In this document: in pieces, positions 46,996 through 56,457 of the stretch
Layout: every line of letters starts with the position of its first letter
Position numbering within the stretch: the first letter of the stretch is position 1
DNA from: an uncultured bacterium
GTDB lineage: Bacteria > Actinomycetota > Acidimicrobiia > Spongiisociales > UBA5794
DNA: 64,000 bases
Direction: 5' to 3'
Assembly (NCBI GenBank): GCA_963801165.1
Contig: CAWDDT010000009.1
Location: forward strand, 320,001-384,000
Made by a program: the position numbers and the translations under genes
Notes under the pieces: model-generated
What the model saw: only the letters and a program-made list of their open reading frames with translations
Database searches by the model: none
What the model was told of the DNA's origin: nothing

Positions 46996-48360
46996 ATGAA
47001 CGCCAGTGATGTTTCCAAGCTGAGGGAGTTGGTGCGGGGACGGGTCCTCGAGCCGTCCGATGCGGGCTACGAACAGGTCCGATCGGTCTTCTACCGGGGT
47101 TACGATCGCCACCCCGCCGCCATCGTGAGACCGCGGGACGGCGCCGATGTGGCCGCCGCCGTGACCCTGGCCACAGCCACCGGGGCCGAGCTTGCCGTGC
47201 GGAGCGGCGGGCACAGCATTGCCGGCCACGGGGCGACGGAAGGTGGCATCGTCATCGACATGCGCGACATGCGCGCCTTCGACATCGACACGGACGGTCG
47301 AACGGCCTGGGCCGGCACCGGGCTCACCGCCGGCGAGTACACCAGGGCGGCAGGCGCCCACGGTCTAGCCACCGGTTTTGGAGACACCGGGTCCGTGGGT
47401 ATCGGTGGGATCACGCTCGCCGGCGGTATCGGCTTGCTCGTCCGCAAGTACGGTCTGACCATCGACAGCTTGCTCGCCGCCGAGATCGTCACTGCGGATG
47501 GCCGGTTGCTCCGGGTCGACGGCGACAATCACCCCGACCTCTTCTGGGCCATCCGCGGCGGCGGTGGCAACTTCGGCGTGGCCACAAGGTTCCGGTACCG
47601 TCTCCACGAGGTCGACCGCGTTGTCGGCGGGATTCTCGTCCTGCCCGCAGCACCCGACGTCGTACTCGGATTGGTGGCCCTGGCCGAGGAGGCTTCCGAC
47701 GACCTCACGACGATCTTCAACCTGATGAAGGCGCCGCCCCTCCCGTTCATACCTCCCGAGTATCACGGCGAGCCTGTGGTCGCCTGCATGATGATTCACG
47801 CCGGCGACCTCGATGCCGGTGAGCGCGCCGCCGACCGCGTTCGCAAGGTGGCCCCACCGATCGTCGACATGGTCAAGCCGATACGGTATCCCGAGTTCTT
47901 CGAGTTCGGCGGTGCGCCGCCGTCGGTCGAGCACGAGGTCTCCCACACGAGGTTCCTCGATGAGATCGACAAGCGGCTCGTTGCCGGGCTACTCGAGCAA
48001 GTCGCATGGTCTCCCGCCCGGCTAGCCAGCGCCCAGCTGCGGGTGCTCGGCGGGGCGATGGCCCGGGTGCCGGAGGCTGCGACCGCGTTCGCCCATCGGG
48101 GCAGAAAGTACTTGGCGACGGTGGGTGCCGCCTACGAAGACGGTGCTGAGACATCAGTGCACGAGGAATGGATCCGTCGGGTGACGAGCCTGTTCACCCC
48201 CGAGAACCCCGGTGCGTACAGCGGCTTTCTCGGTACCGATGGCGCCGCCCGCATCCACGAGGCGTATCCCGGCCGGACCCGGGACCAGCTCGTGGAGATC
48301 AAGCGACGCTACGACCCCGACAATCTGTTCCGGCTCAACCACAACATCGACGCAGGCTGA
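46996..48360 (+). CDS. FAD-binding oxidoreductase (BBE/VAO family)
   Basis: RSGGHS (covalent His-FAD motif), VGIGGITLAGG, DLFWAIRGGGGNFG, KRRYDPDNLF. Confidence 0.92.
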   Translation: MNASDVSKLRELVRGRVLEPSDAGYEQVRSVFYRGYDRHPAAIVRPRDGADVAAAVTLATATGAELAVRSGGHSIAGHGATEGGIVIDMRDMRAFDIDTDGRTAWAGTGLTAGEYTRAAGAHGLATGFGDTGSVGIGGITLAGGIGLLVRKYGLTIDSLLAAEIVTADGRLLRVDGDNHPDLFWAIRGGGGNFGVATRFRYRLHEVDRVVGGILVLPAAPDVVLGLVALAEEASDDLTTIFNLMKAPPLPFIPPEYHGEPVVACMMIHAGDLDAGERAADRVRKVAPPIVDMVKPIRYPEFFEFGGAPPSVEHEVSHTRFLDEIDKRLVAGLLEQVAWSPARLASAQLRVLGGAMARVPEAATAFAHRGRKYLATVGAAYEDGAETSVHEEWIRRVTSLFTPENPGAYSGFLGTDGAARIHEAYPGRTRDQLVEIKRRYDPDNLFRLNHNIDAG

Positions 48361-48375
48361 GCGCGACACCTCGGG

Positions 48376-49416
48376 TCAACGAAGGATGAGCAGCGAGTCA
48401 CCGAACTCGTGCCAGCGATAACCGTCGTCGAGCGCCCTTGTGTAGCACCTCTCGAGTAGCTCCCGTCCTGCGACCGCCTCGAGGAGACGCAGGTGTGACG
48501 AGCGGGGCTCGTGCCATCCGGTGACGAGACCGTCGATCGTGGCCGGCGGTCGGTCCGGCGTGACCAGGAGGTTGGTCACTCCTTTTCCGGGGTGCAGATT
48601 CCCGCTGGTGTCGGCGACCGTCTCGAGCGCCCGCACGACCGTGGTTCCTATTGCGATGATCCTCCCGCCACCGTCCCGGAGCGCGTTGCCAATCCGGGCG
48701 GTGGCGGCGGGAACTTCGAATCGCTCGTCACCGGGGATCTCGCCCTCCTCGAAGGACGAAAGTCCGGTGTGCAGCACTATGGGTAGCACGGCGACACCGC
48801 CTGTGATCAACCGGGTCACCAACTCGGTGGTGAACGGCCTGCCTGCGCTCGGCATCTCGGCCGATCCGGGCTCGGTGGCGAACACGGTCTGGTAGTCGGA
48901 CAGCGGCCAATTGCCCGTGCTGGCATAGCGGATGGGGCCGCCGTGGACCGCAAGGTAGCGGGCGACGTCGTCGGTGCCCGAAACGGACGCTATCCACAGT
49001 CGCGACGAGCGCGGGTGGTGGGTGACCAGCTCGATGACGGCGCCACCCTCGAGGTGGACGAGCTGCGGGTCGAGGTCGGGTCCCGGCGTCGAGCCGTTGC
49101 CGTTGTTGGTACGCAGCTCGACGGACCACAGCCCCCCGTCCACCGGAGCAGCAAAGTGCACCCGGAGCCCGGCGCCTTCCGCGGTGCGGGCGTCGACGGC
49201 CGCCGGGATGGTGCGAGAAGTGTTGACGACAACCGCGTCACCGGGACGGAGCCAGTCCGGGAGATCCAGGAACCGGCCTTGGCTGATGGTGGCGGCGTTC
49301 CGGTCGGCAACCATGAGCCGCACCTCGTCACGCCGGATGCCGCGCCGCTCGGGAGGTGTCGCCGCCCAGCGTTCGGCGGGGAGCACGAAGTCGAGCGGCC
49401 GGGCAACGACGGTCAT
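48376..49416 (-). CDS. QueA-family protein (actinobacterial SDR-linked type)
   Basis: RDEVRLMV, VVNTSRT, YQTVFA..PGSAEMPSAG, LHTG, AIGTTVVRALE, TGWHEP, YRWHEFGD. Confidence 0.85.
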   Translation of the reverse strand: MTVVARPLDFVLPAERWAATPPERRGIRRDEVRLMVADRNAATISQGRFLDLPDWLRPGDAVVVNTSRTIPAAVDARTAEGAGLRVHFAAPVDGGLWSVELRTNNGNGSTPGPDLDPQLVHLEGGAVIELVTHHPRSSRLWIASVSGTDDVARYLAVHGGPIRYASTGNWPLSDYQTVFATEPGSAEMPSAGRPFTTELVTRLITGGVAVLPIVLHTGLSSFEEGEIPGDERFEVPAATARIGNALRDGGGRIIAIGTTVVRALETVADTSGNLHPGKGVTNLLVTPDRPPATIDGLVTGWHEPRSSHLRLLEAVAGRELLERCYTRALDDGYRWHEFGDSLLILR

Positions 49417-50105
49417 TCGGCGTCGCCCTGGTTCGCCCGGTACCACCCGGAAGGCTGCCCGCTCTCGATCAGTCCGAGCAACGAGGGGACGCTTGCCTCG
49501 GGCTGCGGACGATCGGAGATGTCCTCGCCGGGAAACGCCTCCTGGTGCATCTGCGTGTTCATGTCGCCCGGATCGAACCAGAGCACGCGGACCTTGTCTT
49601 CCTCGGCGGCGAGTACGTGCGACAGCTCGTTCAGTGCGGCCTTGGCCGACCCGTACCCGCCCCACCCGGCGTAGCCCTCGGAGGCTGCATCGGAGGTGAT
49701 GTTGACGACCGTTCCGGAGCTGTCACGAAGCAGCGGGAGTGCCGTCTGGATGAGAGCGAGCGGTGCGAGCACGTTTGTCTCGTAGACCCGGCGCAGCACG
49801 TCGAGCGGGTATCCGGCGAGTGGCGGCTGCGGGCTGGGCCCAAGCATCGAGGCGTTGTTGATCAGCAAGTCGAGCCCGCCCATTCGCCCGGCGGCGGCGG
49901 CGAGCTGGTTGCGATGGTCGGCGGCCGTGACGTCGCCGGCGATCGCAGTGACCGTTGTCGAGCGGCCGAGCTCGGTTGCCGCGGCCTCGAGGGCGGGTGC
50001 TCCCCGGGCGTCGATGACCAGGCTCCAACCTGCGGCGGCGAGGGCACGGGCGGTGGCGAGCCCGAGCCCGCGCGAAGCACCTGTGATGATTGCGATTCTT
50101 GTCAT
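49413..50105 (-). CDS. Short-chain dehydrogenase/reductase
   Basis: TGASRGLG, NNAS, S, YGSAK, DPGDMNT. Confidence 0.92.
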   Translation of the reverse strand: MTRIAIITGASRGLGLATARALAAAGWSLVIDARGAPALEAAATELGRSTTVTAIAGDVTAADHRNQLAAAAGRMGGLDLLINNASMLGPSPQPPLAGYPLDVLRRVYETNVLAPLALIQTALPLLRDSSGTVVNITSDAASEGYAGWGGYGSAKAALNELSHVLAAEEDKVRVLWFDPGDMNTQMHQEAFPGEDISDRPQPEASVPSLLGLIESGQPSGWYRANQGDAE

Positions 50106-50111
50106 CATCCC

Positions 50112-50142
50112 ACGGTACAACTTCAAGGTCGCTTCAAGTCAA
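50112..50142 (-). promoter_or_regulatory. MerR/SoxR-type promoter (19-bp spacer); leaderless
   Basis: Minus strand TTGACT-tgaagcgaccttgaagttg-TACCGT; dyad ACTTgAAG-cgac-CTTgAAGT; ATG 6 nt after the -10. Confidence 0.7.
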
Positions 50143-50208
50143 GATATTGAACTCGAATACATCCGCCCTCACGGCTCGTATTGTCCGCAGGTCGGGAAGT
50201 GTGAGGTC

Positions 50209-50826
50209 CTAGAAGCCGCGTGCGGCCAGCTCCTGTCCGAGCTGCTCCGGATCGATGAAGCGGATGGTGTCGAATCCGAGTTCGGCTGCAGCGGCGATGT
50301 TCTTCTGGCTGTCGTCGATGAAGATGCACTCTGAAGCGGTGCGCCCGATACGGTCTAGCGCTATCCGATAGAGGTCCGCGTCCGGTTTGATCAGCTTCTC
50401 CTCACCGGACACGATGATTTGCTCGAACCAGTCGAGAAAACGGTATCGCTCCCTGGCGATGGGGAAAGTCTCTGTAGACCAGTTGGTGAGTGCGTTCAGC
50501 TCGTGGCCTGCTTCTTTCAGACGACGGAGGATATCGACCGAACCTTCGATGGCTCCACCCAGCATCTCGTCCCACCGTGTCCAGTAGGCGGTGATCAGAT
50601 CTGTGTGCTCGGGAAACTCGGCCGTGAGGAGGGCCACGCCTTCGGCCCAGGTCCGGCCGGCATCGTGCTGTACGTTCCACTCCATGGTGGCCACTTCGGC
50701 GAGAAACCACTCCATCTCGTCCTCGTTGTCGAAGAGCTTGCGGTACAGGTGACGAGGGTCCCAGTCGATGAGCACGCCGCCAATGTCGAAGAGGAGGCCC
50801 CGATCAGGTCGTGAGGTATCGGTCAT
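50209..50826 (-). CDS. HAD-family phosphatase/dehalogenase-like
   Basis: FDIGGVLIDW, LTNW, KPD, FIDDS..N. Confidence 0.9.
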   Translation of the reverse strand: MTDTSRPDRGLLFDIGGVLIDWDPRHLYRKLFDNEDEMEWFLAEVATMEWNVQHDAGRTWAEGVALLTAEFPEHTDLITAYWTRWDEMLGGAIEGSVDILRRLKEAGHELNALTNWSTETFPIARERYRFLDWFEQIIVSGEEKLIKPDADLYRIALDRIGRTASECIFIDDSQKNIAAAAELGFDTIRFIDPEQLGQELAARGF

Positions 50827-50867
50827 GGCTGCACTCTATGCCACATGCGCGCCAACCTGAAACGGGG

Positions 50868-50900
50868 TTGACATCGCTGACTTGAGCGCTATATATATAG
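50868..50900 (+). promoter_or_regulatory. Putative sigmaA promoter of hsp20 with a HAIR-like half-site
   Basis: TTGACA at 50868, AT-rich TATATA -10 region, CTTGAG at 50881 (left half of the HspR box only). Confidence 0.45.
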
Positions 50901-50958
50901 ATTATCTGATACATGACGCGGGACAGAGATGAGCCCGCAGGACGAAAGGAGTGAAACG

Positions 50959-51378
50959 ATGTTGCGCATGGATCCTTTCGAGGAGATGGATCGGATGCTC
51001 AATACGTTCGGTGGTCGTTGGCGCGGAGGGATGATGCCGCTCGATGCTTTTGAGAAGGACGGCATTTATACCCTTCGTTTCGACGTCCCCGGTGTTGATC
51101 CGGACAACGTCGACCTCACGGTCGAAGGCAGCATGCTGACTGTCACCGCGGACCGTCCGATCGAGGAGACCGAGGGTGCGACCTGGTTGCTCAGGGAGCG
51201 GCCGTCGGGCTCTCACAGCCGCGAGGTCAGGCTCGGTGACCGGCTCGACACAAGCCAGGTGAAGGCAAGCTACGACAACGGTGTGCTCACCGTCGAGATC
51301 CCGATGCGTGCCGAGGCCAGACCGCACAGGGTTGCGATCAAGGGCGGGGACAACGAGAAGCTAACCGCCGGGGTCTGA
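50959..51378 (+). CDS. Hsp20 / alpha-crystallin small heat-shock protein
   Basis: DPFEEMDR, MPLDA, FDVPGV, ASYDNGVL; SD AAAGGAG. Confidence 0.93.
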   Translation: MLRMDPFEEMDRMLNTFGGRWRGGMMPLDAFEKDGIYTLRFDVPGVDPDNVDLTVEGSMLTVTADRPIEETEGATWLLRERPSGSHSREVRLGDRLDTSQVKASYDNGVLTVEIPMRAEARPHRVAIKGGDNEKLTAGV

Positions 51379-51396
51379 ACATCGAGAGGCAGTAGT

Positions 51397-51432
51397 AGGC
51401 CCCGCCGGCACCCGGCCGGCGGGGGCTTTCTC
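51397..51432 (+). terminator. Intrinsic terminator
   Basis: GCCCCGCCGGC...GCCGGCGGGGGC followed by TTTCTC. Confidence 0.7.
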
Positions 51433-51496
51433 GGAACGGGCTCTCAGTGGTCTCCGGTGATCGAGCGACGGACCCAAATGAAGCGCGTAGCGGCGT

Positions 51497-52429
51497 TCAG
51501 CCGGAGTACAGGTCGCCGGCGAGGTACTTCAGCCCGGTGTCGACCGCAACCGTGACAACTGTGTGGCCCGAGCCGAGCTCCTTGGCGAGCTCGATCGCTC
51601 CGGCCACGTTGAGGCCGGTTGAAGTTCCTGCGAGCAGGCCCTCCTCTGCCGCCAGCCGGCGTGCTGTCGATCGAGCTTCAGCCTCATCGACGGTTCGGGC
51701 TTCGTCATACCGATCGTGATCGAGGAGCGGTGGCATGAACCCGATGCCGATCCCCTCAACGTGATAAGTCCCGGATCTGCCTGCGGAGATGAATGGGGTC
51801 GTTGCCGGCTCGAAGATCACGACTCTGGCGTCGGAGCCTCCGTCGGCAAGTGCAGACGAGACACCCATGGCCAGCCCCGCAGTACCGACAGCCGCACAGA
51901 ACACATCAATCGGTCGGTCCATCTGTTCCATTGGCTCGTCTCCGACACCTCGATACCCAACGAGAGAGTCGATGTTGTTCATCTGGTCGGTCCAGTAGGT
52001 CCAGGCTCGCTGGCATACTCGGCGGCTTTTGCCATCATCCGGGGTATCAGATCTGGAGTGATCTGCCCATTCTCACTTGGCACGATCGTCAGATCGGCGC
52101 CAAATGCTCGCATCGTCTCGAGCTTCTCCTCGGCGAACGCGTCGGATGACACAACCTTGAACTTGTATCCCTTCGCCGCACAGACATAAGCCAGTGACGA
52201 CCCGGTGCTACCGCCGGTGTACTCGACAACGGTCATCCCCGGACGCAGGGCGCCACGCTTCTCCGCCTCCTCGATTATCGCCAGAGCCATGCGGTCCTTG
52301 TACGAACCGGTGGGGTTGAACCACTCGAGCTTGACAAACACGGACGCCGCGTCGTGAGGCACGATCTTGCGCAATTGCACGACGGGGGGTTCCGCCGGCG
52401 ACGTCGATCATCGAATCTCCAGCGCGCAT
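51497..52429 (-). pseudogene. PLP-dependent cysteine-synthase-family gene with two frameshifts
   Basis: GGTP / VVQL...FNPTGSYKDR...EYTGGSTG / YWTDQMNN...VGTAG...EGIG...GTSTG are split over three segments: an extra C in a C6 run near 52385 and a missing base near 52000. Confidence 0.8.
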
Positions 52430-52567
52430 GACTCTCCCTCGCTTCGCCGAGTTTCGGAGCATAGAACCACGCGTCTTGATCGAGCGGCGAGATGGGCGCC
52501 GGATTCGAGTGCTCGAAAAGCGATCGATCAAGGCTGACGACGCGCAACCAGGTGCAATACTTCTCGG

Positions 52568-53734
52568 GTGCTGGGTCCGATCCGCTCTCTGTACGCTCTT
52601 CGGCCGGGTGCGCCGATGCCCTTGCTGCTGGCTGCGGTTTCGGTCACGGCAATGTTTGGTGCGACCCCGTTTCTGATACCGGTAATCGCCGGGCGCTATG
52701 GCGTCACGGAAGGTTTTGCCGCTGCCATCTCTGTTGTCCAGGTGGGTGTGTTTGCGGTGGTGACGTTGACGTTTCCCCGCTGGCTGGCACCTTCGGGCGT
52801 GCTTTTCCGATTGGCGGGCATCGTATTCCTCGTAGCGAATCTGGTGAGTGCCGGTCTATCGGACTTCTCGATGTTGCTCGTCTCTAGAGGCGTAGCGGGC
52901 GGAGCAGCCGGGGTGCTGACCTGGATAGCGTGGGCGGACGCGATGCGGACACCGCGTTCGTTGGCGGCGATCGCGTCGGCGGGACCGCTGACGGCTCTTC
53001 TCGCCGCGCCGGTTCTCGCTGGACTCGCGCAGCTCGGCGATCGGGCCGTTTACCTCGCACTGGCGTTGGTGTCGGTTCCCGCAATGCTCCTCACTTTTCA
53101 CGATACGGCGGTCAAACCCGAGGAGCGACGCGTTAGCGGGTCGCGGTCGAATCGGGTCCTGTTGTTCGCTTTGTTCTCACTCACGCTCTTTGCGACAACC
53201 CTGTTCGTGTTCGAGGCTGTTGCCGCACGTGATCTTCTTGGCCTGAGTCCCGTGGCGGCGTCGCTGGGTTTCAGTCTCAACGCCGCCGGCGGTTTGCTTG
53301 GTGCCCGTCTGGCATCACGATATCGCCGGCCGGGATGGTGGGTAGCGAGCATCGGTCCTGCGGCATTTCTGTCGGTTGCCGGCGGACACCCGGCCTTCTA
53401 CTTTCTCAGCATGGCGTGGTGGGGGTTTTCGTATTGGATTGGGGTACCGGGTGTCCTCCAGATGCTGGCGGATCGGTCAAACGAGCCCGGCGAACGAGCA
53501 GGGGACGCACAAGGCTATATGGCGATCGGTCGGACGATTGGGCCGGCAGTTGGTGGTGCATTTGTCGATGCTTCGGCGTTTCTACTGCTCTCTGTGGTCG
53601 CGGCCATCGGCATGGCCGCCTCCGGCGGGATCGTCATAGCGGTACAGGAAGGCAGGGAGGGCTTGCCTCCAACTGCGCCACAAGGGCCTGCCCGAGCCGG
53701 ATCGGATCAACCCCCAAACGTCGCCGAGCAGTAG
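52568..53734 (+). CDS. MFS transporter
   Basis: About 12 TMs; LLVSRGVAG, GRTIGPAVGG. Confidence 0.8.
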   Translation: MLGPIRSLYALRPGAPMPLLLAAVSVTAMFGATPFLIPVIAGRYGVTEGFAAAISVVQVGVFAVVTLTFPRWLAPSGVLFRLAGIVFLVANLVSAGLSDFSMLLVSRGVAGGAAGVLTWIAWADAMRTPRSLAAIASAGPLTALLAAPVLAGLAQLGDRAVYLALALVSVPAMLLTFHDTAVKPEERRVSGSRSNRVLLFALFSLTLFATTLFVFEAVAARDLLGLSPVAASLGFSLNAAGGLLGARLASRYRRPGWWVASIGPAAFLSVAGGHPAFYFLSMAWWGFSYWIGVPGVLQMLADRSNEPGERAGDAQGYMAIGRTIGPAVGGAFVDASAFLLLSVVAAIGMAASGGIVIAVQEGREGLPPTAPQGPARAGSDQPPNVAEQ

Positions 53735-53972
53735 AGGATGTCGCGCTACGTTTCAGTACAGGTCACGCGGTGCCATTTCATTGGGTTTGTGAAACCCTGC
53801 GCGACGTAGTGAACCCCCGTGAATCCGCCGAATGGCACCGGGAGGGCACCCGGGTGACCCACTCATGGCGACAGCGAAGACGAATGTCGGTGCTAGCGAG
53901 GAGGTGTCCGGCGTGCCACTTGTCCCCTCCGCAGGGGCATCCAGCGGATCTGTGTCCCGACGGTGTCATCAC

Positions 53973-54863
53973 CTAGAGGTTCACCGCAATGAGGACCACA
54001 CCGGCTGCTACTGCTGCAGTGCTGGCGACCAGTGTGGTGTCGATTCGTTCCTCGCTCTTGAGAAAGATGTAACTCAAACCAATGACCCAGAGCACCTGGG
54101 TGCTCTGAAACACGGCGTAGACCCATGCCGGGATGAGGGTGAGCGCCCAAAACTGCGAGATGAGGGCGAAGCTGAACGCCGCCCCTGCCGCTACGAACCA
54201 CTTGTTGACGTTGCGGAAGTTCTCAGTGAGCCGGGTCCTGAAGCGCCCTCGGATGACATCACCGATGCTGAGGAACGCAAGCCCGGTGGTGGCGCCAATC
54301 AGCACTCCGAGCACGGCGGAATCGAACGACTGCAGTCCCCACTTGCGCAACACGAAAGCGAGTCCGAATAGCAGCGGTGTGGCGACGGCAAAGACATAGC
54401 CGAGCCCACCGGTCGGCTTGTCCGTTTCTTGCCCTGCGACTGCCGCAGCAGATGAGCGCCTCAGAATGAGGGTCACGAGGCTGCCTATCACGAGGAGTCC
54501 GCCCAGGGCGTCGACGAGACCGAGAGGCTCGTCCAGGACGAACCAGCCGATCGCCGCGGTAACTACTGGTGTAGCGTTGATGAACACACTCGCTCGGGTT
54601 GCTCCGACAAAGCGGATCGCTCGGAGGCTGGTGTGGCGGCCTCCAATCATTCCGACGAGACCAGCCGCGGCCAATGCGGCAACGCCAGTGCTGCTCCAGT
54701 CGGGTTTGGCGACGAACACGCCGACCACCCCGACGGTGAGAACGTTGACAAAGATCGTCATGTAGAGGCCATCGTCACGCGGACTTGTGCGCATCCCGAC
54801 GCGGGCGAACATCGACGAGACCCCAAAGAAGAACGCCGCGGCGAGACCAAGCGCAACACCCAT
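53973..54863 (-). CDS. EamA/DMT transporter
   Basis: 10 TMs in two repeats; AIRFVGATRAS, VLDEPL, FLKSEERI. Confidence 0.85.
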   Translation of the reverse strand: MGVALGLAAAFFFGVSSMFARVGMRTSPRDDGLYMTIFVNVLTVGVVGVFVAKPDWSSTGVAALAAAGLVGMIGGRHTSLRAIRFVGATRASVFINATPVVTAAIGWFVLDEPLGLVDALGGLLVIGSLVTLILRRSSAAAVAGQETDKPTGGLGYVFAVATPLLFGLAFVLRKWGLQSFDSAVLGVLIGATTGLAFLSIGDVIRGRFRTRLTENFRNVNKWFVAAGAAFSFALISQFWALTLIPAWVYAVFQSTQVLWVIGLSYIFLKSEERIDTTLVASTAAVAAGVVLIAVNL

Positions 54864-55099
54864 GGTGGCTCCTTACAAGGGCGACTTCTTACAGAACCGG
54901 TCGAGAGAGGTTCCGCATTCGCTCGCAACGCACGGTCGCAGCGAACCGTCGAACGCCTCCGGCAGTTGACGGAACACTACCCATGACAATTCCGGCCGCT
55001 GACACAACGGTGACCGCCACTCGCGCGAGCAGCCAGATGGTCCCTCGTGCGTTCTTGCCCTCGCCGGTTCCCGCATCATTTTGGGATGCAAATTCACAA

Positions 55100-55124
55100 G
55101 GAACCGCCTCTTCGAGGCGGTTCC
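55100..55124 (-). terminator. Terminator hairpin downstream of the tRNA-Phe 3' end
   Basis: GGAACCGCCTC-gaa-GAGGCGGTTCC then TTGTGAATTT on the minus strand, 2 nt after the tRNA discriminator. Confidence 0.7.
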
Positions 55125-55126
55125 CG

Positions 55127-55168
55127 TGGTCAGGGACGGCGTCGATCCGTCGACCTCTGGTTTTTCAG
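55127..55168 (-). tRNA. 3' half of tRNA-Phe(GAA); att-site duplication, not a full gene
   Basis: Minus strand: CTGAAAA (anticodon loop) ACCAG AGGTC GACGG-ATCGACG-CCGTC CCTGACC A. Upstream sequence cannot form the anticodon 5' stem or D arm. Confidence 0.85.
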
Positions 55169-55719
55169 TTCGCTGCTGGGCATTTCGGAGATGCCCGTTG
55201 TCGCCTCGAATACCGCCGAAACAGCCCGAATTCATTGAGGATTCACACCCCTCAACGTCTTTCATCATCTTGTGTCAAATCGCGTTGTTTCTCGACTTAT
55301 CGCGCCCTCAGCGCGCCCTCGGCCCGCCCTGAGTGGGTCCCGGATGTCGATCTCCTTGTTGGCGGCCGCCGTGAACTGCCCGCTCGAGGTCATCCAGATC
55401 ACCTATTACCCCGCACGTTGTCGAGCACCCACTGGCGAGAGATATCGGGCAAATCGGTGTACCCCTTCGGATGGCGAATGCCACAGCCAGTATTCGAGAC
55501 CCCGCACGCATCCGTGCCGTTCTAGTGGGGTCGGCGAAATGCTTGTTCTCGCAACGTATTTGTTGTTCTAGGACGGGCAGGGAGGCAGCGCGAAACCGAT
55601 CACCTATGGTTCATGCCCCGATTGGTTATTCGTCTGGAACGACATGGTCGTAGGTAACCTCGACCTCGCCGGTAGCGTGATCGATCGGCCTGTGCCTTGC
55701 CGACGAGGACTTCTAGGAT

Positions 55720-56457
55720 ATGACAGACATGAATAGGGCGATCGTATGGCCGATTGTCGTTGTTGCCGCCGTGGTAGTGGCCATTGTCGCGTGGCGGTGG
55801 GTCGACAAGGAGGAGCCGCCGCCGCTGGGTCCGATCGCATTCGAGACTGCCGTTCCGGATCCGACGTCTGCTGAACTCGTCCCTGAAACGTATTGCAGCC
55901 CATCGGTTCCCGGGTGGAATGCGTCGGGAGAGGCCGAAATGTCACAGGCTGAATTGGTCGCTTGGTATTCGGACCGTTTCGGCCCGGTCAACGATCAAGT
56001 CACCGAGTTCATCAACGAGGCTCTCAACTCGCCTGGGCCTGGATATCGCGGACCTAGGACGTTGGTGTTGGATGATCTGCAGGTCATCTACGGCACCATT
56101 GACAATGGCAGCACATGGTTTGCGGTTCGTACCTACGAATCGGTAAGCCACCTGTGCCCGCCTCGCGACACCGACGTCTGGGACCCGGAGCAAGTCACGG
56201 CGTGGTCATACGAAGGTGTCTGTGGGCATGTGATCCGCTTCTACGGTGTCGAGTTCGGCACACGCGGCTACGGGACAAACGCCAGCGATCGAAACCAAGC
56301 CTCTCTCGCCGAGCCTCCCGAAGGCTGGGACGTTCTCCTATACCCGAACGGGCGCAGTGTCTCATGGTCACTCGAGGACCCAAGCCGCATCTACGCCAAC
56401 CCAGGCGACGGCAACTGGTATGAATACAACCGCGACAACCTCTGCTACCTCGACTGA
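55720..56457 (+). CDS. Hypothetical membrane-anchored or secreted protein
   Basis: N-terminal TM (IVWPIVVVAAVVVAIVAW), acidic soluble domain with 4 Cys. Confidence 0.65.
   Translation: MTDMNRAIVWPIVVVAAVVVAIVAWRWVDKEEPPPLGPIAFETAVPDPTSAELVPETYCSPSVPGWNASGEAEMSQAELVAWYSDRFGPVNDQVTEFINEALNSPGPGYRGPRTLVLDDLQVIYGTIDNGSTWFAVRTYESVSHLCPPRDTDVWDPEQVTAWSYEGVCGHVIRFYGVEFGTRGYGTNASDRNQASLAEPPEGWDVLLYPNGRSVSWSLEDPSRIYANPGDGNWYEYNRDNLCYLD

Noticed and set aside
50881-50901. Full HAIR or CIRCE operator before hsp20
   Set aside because: Only the left CTTGAG half matches; no CIRCE dyad.
55127-55200. Complete tRNA-Phe gene
   Set aside because: 5' acceptor strand, D arm and 5' anticodon stem are absent.
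54873-55268. 131-aa minus-strand ORF
   Set aside because: Runs through the tRNA fragment and terminator; no protein-like features.
55253-55280. dif/Xer site suggested by TTGTGTCAAAT, and by ATAA/TTAT words at 59325-59415
   Set aside because: The partner arm does not fit the 11-6-11 dif consensus in any case.
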